Assembly (NCBI RefSeq): GCF_009914755.1
Contig: NC_060947.1
Direction: 5' to 3' (one strand)
Source: the human T2T-CHM13v2.0 reference genome, Homo sapiens
Length of the DNA stretch: 64,000 nt
A program made the translations under genes and the position numbers. Of this stretch, positions 58,801 through 64,000 are shown one piece after another; position 1 is the first letter of the stretch; every line of letters begins with the position of its first letter. The notes under the pieces were generated by a model. It saw only the letters and a list, made by a program, of their open reading frames with translations. It was not told where the DNA came from and ran no database searches.

Positions 58801-61431
58801 TCAGCTGTAGAAAAGCACTTTGCTAAAACCTCTCAAGACATAAAACCTGCTGTTTTACAGAAAGTTGTAAACAGTAATGTATGGTATGGTCCAAATGAAT
58901 TGCTTAAATGGGGGAAAGGATATGCTTGTGTTCACACCCCCTCAGATCCTCTTTGGATTCCAGCAGGATGCATCAAACCATACCATGGCATGACTAGGAC
59001 CCAACCCATACCAGAAATGAAGAAAATGACCCTGCAGGACCCGCAGCCCCAGACAATACTGCTTCCTCGGATGACACAAGCCCCAGACATTACCTGGGGG
59101 ATGCTGAAGAAGACAACTCAGGAGGCCGAGCGAATCCTGCTCCGGACACAGACACCATTCACTCCAGATAATTTGTTCCTTGCTATGCTCTCTGTTGTAC
59201 ATTGCAACTCATGTAGGGCATTGATCCTTTTTATGCTCTCGCTTTGTCTGCAATCTGCACCTGCTGCACTCTATTGGACTCATCGCTTAGATCTGCCCTT
59301 CTTCTGCCCCATCACCTGGGCAGACACCCCCTTCCCAGCCTCTAATAACATAACTGCTTGGCTGGGAGAGATAGATTTACCCCTAGTGGGGTCCCTCATT
59401 AATGGCACACAGTGGACTAAGGTGCCAGGTAACACTACATATCACTCCACTATCCTCCCACTGTGTGTAAGTTATAAAAGTTCTAACCCTTACTGTGTAC
59501 CTGCTCAAACACAATTTTGGCTACATTGTGGCAAAGGAAATGCTTTAACAGTCTTAGTAGCAGGTAGCCTCAAACCAGGCAATGCAATCAATGCCATTTT
59601 CCCAAACATTCCTCCCTGTGCTAAAGAACAAAGCTGGGAAAGTAATGGATTCCACTTTAGCTGGGAGGTCTGTCACGGGGAACAGGCCTGTAGCCTCCAG
59701 TTAAGCAATTATAACATCTTAGACTGGAGTCCTCCCAGCCATTTGCAGGGCGATCGTATTGATGTCCATGTCTATCTTGGCATCAATGGCAGTTTTGTAG
59801 CCACATCCCGTTCCCCTATAATTTGGGCCGATGGGGGGAGGGATATCCCAGACCCCAAGTAGAGTCCATGCCACCCCAAGACACTTTATGGCACCTGGGA
59901 CATCTTAGCACTTCCCTTAACACCTGGCATGGGACATATCATAATTCCAGTCACAATTATACTATGACCTTTTTTCATAATCACACCGATCAGTGCCTGA
60001 TTTGCCTGATTTGCACTACCCATCCATATGTTTTCCTTATGGGAACCAATATTTCTATTACACCCCAAAACTCCACGTTTGTGACTCGAATGCAGGGACA
60101 GGCTTGGTTCATCTCTTGTATCACTAATTATAATATATCTAATTTAAATATTGCTAGTGTCATGGTATTGAGGAGACAATCTGAGGCTTTCCTACCGGTC
60201 AATTTAACATGCAATTGGCAAGGTTCCTCTGCCCTTGCCACCTTAGAATGTGCCCTGTCCCAGGTCAGACGCAAAAGATTTATAGTTACACTTATAGCCT
60301 TTATGGTCTCAGCCATAGTCATCCTAGCAACTGCTAGTGTTGCTGTAGCATCTATTACTGAATCAGTACAGACAGCTACTTTTGTAGATAATTTGGCCAG
60401 AAATGTGTCTGATGTACTTCTCTTACAGCAGGGTATAGATCAAAAGATTCTTGCACATCTGCAAGCCCTTGAGGCTGACTTGGAATATGTAGGGGAGCAA
60501 CAAGATGCACTTGCGTTCCAACAGCAATTAAACTGTGACTGGGAGCTTAGGCACATCTGTGTTACCTCTCTACCTTGGAATCAATCAATACATAGTTGGG
60601 ATAAGGTGAAACAGCACCTCTGGGGAACCTTTCGTGATAATTTAACAGCAGACGTAAAGCAACTTAAAACTAAAATTCTAGAATCCCTAAACGCCATAGA
60701 CCTACAAGCCCAACAAATAGCCATACGGAAGGGTATGAGAGAACATCTCTCCTGGATAGATCCCCACTCCTGGGGGTCACTCCTTGATTGGAAAAGAACG
60801 TTGTGAATTATACTCATGTTTGCCTTATGTTATTTACTAATTCTAGGATTCAAAGCCAGAATATGAGTTATAACCGCTGTGCCAGACAAACATGTTGCTG
60901 TACACATCTGTGCTCTTCAATCAACAAAATCTGATGCAAAAAAACAGAAAAGGGGGAGATGTAAGAGATAGGTCAGGGTGGTGGGAGAAATTATAAGAAG
61001 GAATTATAGGAAAAACACAAGCCTTGGAAGGCCAGGAGGTTTTGCAAAAGCTTCAAAAATTTGGCTGAAGGCAGCCAAAGTCTCTTATCCAAAGCCAGAG
61101 AGCAAAAAGCAGATAACAAGGAAGTGTAAAGGAATTGATCTAGATCAGTTAGTTTACTTAGGCCCGAAACCTGGCCTTTAACCATCTGTGTGCAGGACTG
61201 CTCTCTCTGGGGGGCGGCCATGTTAATTACCCACAAGATGTGTTGACTCAAAGCCTTTGTCATTAAATCTGTAGTGAATATTTGCCCGCAGTGCCGGCTT
61301 GTTGGGGCCATGGCTGCTACAACTCTTTATGTGAATGGCCCAGTCCCCTAGCCTTCTCTTTCACTGGATACCTGTGTCTGAGTACATTTTTTATCCATCG
61401 CTCGGTCAGCGTCTGCCAGTCAGATCTGGCA
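55895..61431 (+). mobile_element. 5'-truncated duplicate of the HML-5 provirus (part dUTPase, pro, pol, env, 3' LTR 60960-61431)
   Basis: Mirror ORFs 55862-60806. It has the same 3' flank TTAATG as the left copy, so it is a duplication and not an independent integration. Confidence 0.93.
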
Positions 61432-64000
61432 TTAATGTATGTGGACATTTTATACTCTCGTGAACATTTTACTATATTAATTTTAAAATTTTGATCAAAA
61501 ATATGAGTGAAAAATATTTTCTCAATGTTACTTTAATTTGTGTCTCTGCATTTTCTAGCTAGGTTAATTAGAACACTAAGTTAATTTCTTACCCATACGA
61601 AGCTGGATTTATGCAGTGTTCTAAGTAAGACTATTCCTCTGGGCATGATTTAAAATTTAAAATTTTGAAATGTCAACATATGTTTTTCATTTGAGGAAAA
61701 AAGATTCAGTCAGACTGACCAGGAGGCACGGAAGGAGAGCAGACAGGACATGCTCAGCCCGTGAGGGGCATTGGGTGGATCCAGGGGAGAGCAATTGTCA
61801 GAGTTCATGAGTGAGACCACATGCAAAACCAAGTCCACAGAGCCCCAGGCAGGCTGGCACTCAGAGCTCTGAATCCAGAGTTCAGCCCACTAGGGACAGG
61901 GACCCTGGAACCCAGGGGAAAGAAGCCAGAGGGGGAGGGAGTATACGACAATGTACAGGAGTAGTTTTGAGAAATCTGAGAAGAACAATCATCAGCTGGG
62001 TTGGCATTTCACTGTCTTGATGGTGTCCTTTGAAGCCCAAAAGTTTAAAATCTTTGTGAAGTCCAATTTATCTATTTTTTTTCTGTTCATGCTTTTGGTG
62101 TCATATCTAGGAATTATTTGCCTAATCTAAGGTCATGAAGATATACCCCTATGTTGTTTTCTGCAAATTTTATAGTAATAGCTCTTATATTTAGGTCTTT
62201 TGTTCATTTTGAGTTAATTTTTGTATATACTGTGAGGTAAGGTCAAACTTCATTCTTTTGTATGTGCTTATCTAGCTGCCCCAGCACCATTTGTTGAAAA
62301 GATCATTCTTTCCCCCATTGGGTTCTCTTGACACCCTTATTAAAATCAGTTGTCCCCAGAGACATGAGTTTATTTCTGGACTCTCAATTCTATTTCATGG
62401 ATCTATACTTCTATCCTTGTACCACTACTGTCTTGACCAGTTGCTTTGTCATAAATTTTGAAATCAGGAAGTGTGAGTCTTCCTATGTTTTTTCTTTTAT
62501 CAAGGATGTTTAGACTAAAATGGGTACCATTAATATTTGACAAGGAAAATCAATTGTGGGAATAGCATTTTTAAAACATTTTATGTGTCATTTTTAAAGA
62601 ATTCTTACTTTTGTGGGTACATAGTAGTTGTACATCTCATAAGTACATGAGATGTTTTGATACAGGCATGAAATGTGTAATAATCACATCATGTGAAATG
62701 GGGTACCCATCCCCTCAAGCATTTACTCTTTGTGTTACAGACAATTCAATTATGTTCTTTTAGTTATTTTAAAATAACTAAAAACTATTGACCATAGTCA
62801 CCCTGTTGTGACTTAACAAAATGATCTCCAGTTCCATCCATGTTGTTGCAAATGATAGAATCTCATTCTTTTTGATGGCTGAGTAGCACTCCATTGTGTA
62901 TATGTACCATATTTTATTTAGCCATTCATCTGTTGATGGAAATTTAGGTTGCTTCCGAATCTTGGCTGTTTTGAATAGTGCTGTAACAAACATGGGAATA
63001 CAGATATCTCTTTGATATACTGATTTCCTTTCTTTTGAGTATATGCTCAGCAATGGGATTGCTGGATCATATGGTAGCTCTATTTTTAGTTTTTGGAGGA
63101 CCCTTCAAACTGTTCTTCATAGTGGTTATACTAATTTACATTCCCACCAACAGTGTATGGGAGTTCTCTGTTCTCTACATCCTTGCAAACATTTGTTGTT
63201 GCTGTCTTTTGGATATAAGCCATTCTAACTGGGGTGAGATGATATCTCACTGTAGCTTTGATTTGCATTTCTCTGATGATCAAACAGGCAGAGCACTTGT
63301 TACATGCTTGTTTGCTATATGTATGTCTTCTTTTGAGAACTGTCTATTCAAATCAATAAGGAATTCTCTATAAATACATATATGTGAATATATTTCTAGA
63401 CTCTCTCTTTAGTTCCATTGACACATTTCTATTGTTATGACAATACTACACTCTTCTGATTATTGTGACTTTATAATAAGCCTTGAAATTAAGTAGTGTA
63501 ACCCATGCAACTTTTGTTGTCTTTTTTTTTTAACTTATTACACTTTAAGTTCTGGGATACATGTGCAGAACGTGCAGGTTTCTTACACAGGTATACACGT
63601 GTTGTTGTCTTTTTAAAAGTTATTTTGGCTACTCTAAGTTCTTTGTACTTATACATGAATGTGAACACCAGCCTGTCAATTTCTATTTTTAAAAAAGTCT
63701 TTCAGGTTTTTGATATGGATTTTATTGAATCTATATATGAATTTGGAAAGAATGTACATCTTAACAGTAGTAAGTCTTCCAACTCATGAATAAGATAGCT
63801 ATCTCCATTTATTTAGGAGACAAATACCAAAATAAACTTTATTTAGGCATTTATCCTTCATTAATTTATCACTGCAATATTTCTTAGTTTTTGGTGTACA
63901 GATCTTCTACATATTTCATCATAGTTATGTCTATGTATTTCATGTTTTCTAGTGTTACTTTTATTTTATTATTTTATTTTGAGACGGAGTTTCGCTCTTG
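55895..64000. repeat. Right arm of the inverted repeat (continues past the window)
   Basis: Reverse complement of 6789-14894. Identity begins at GTCCTAGGGCAATC (55895). Confidence 0.96.

Noticed and set aside
55895-61431. Second independent HML-5 integration
   Set aside because: It shares the inactivating mutations and the 3' flank with the left copy, so it is a segmental duplicate.

Overview
Human/hominoid X-linked (Xq28-type) genomic DNA. The one intact protein-coding gene is MAGEA11 on the minus strand. Four coding exons give a 1290-nt CDS (429 aa), with a GC-box promoter near 25.0 kb and a probable distal alternative first coding exon (MSK) at 48.1-48.3 kb next to an ERV LTR. MAGEA11 lies in the 41.0-kb spacer (14895-55894) of a near-perfect inverted repeat whose arms are at least 8.1 kb (6789-14894 and 55895-64000, running off the window). 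The arms carry most of a defective HERV-K(HML-5)/LTR22-type provirus. The left copy is complete (9358-17122, 6-bp TSD, tRNA-Met PBS). The right copy lacks its 5' LTR and gag and abuts an unrelated ERV1 LTR. Also present: a CXorf51/CYPT-like two-exon pseudogene, a candidate decayed membrane-protein gene, an older paralogous copy of the MAGEA11 3' flank, a full-length THE1 with an AluYa5, a solo LTR7, L1 insertions with a mini-transduction and a 5' inversion, and many Alu/L1/MIR/MaLR repeats. Family names come from recognising sequence by eye, not from database searches.
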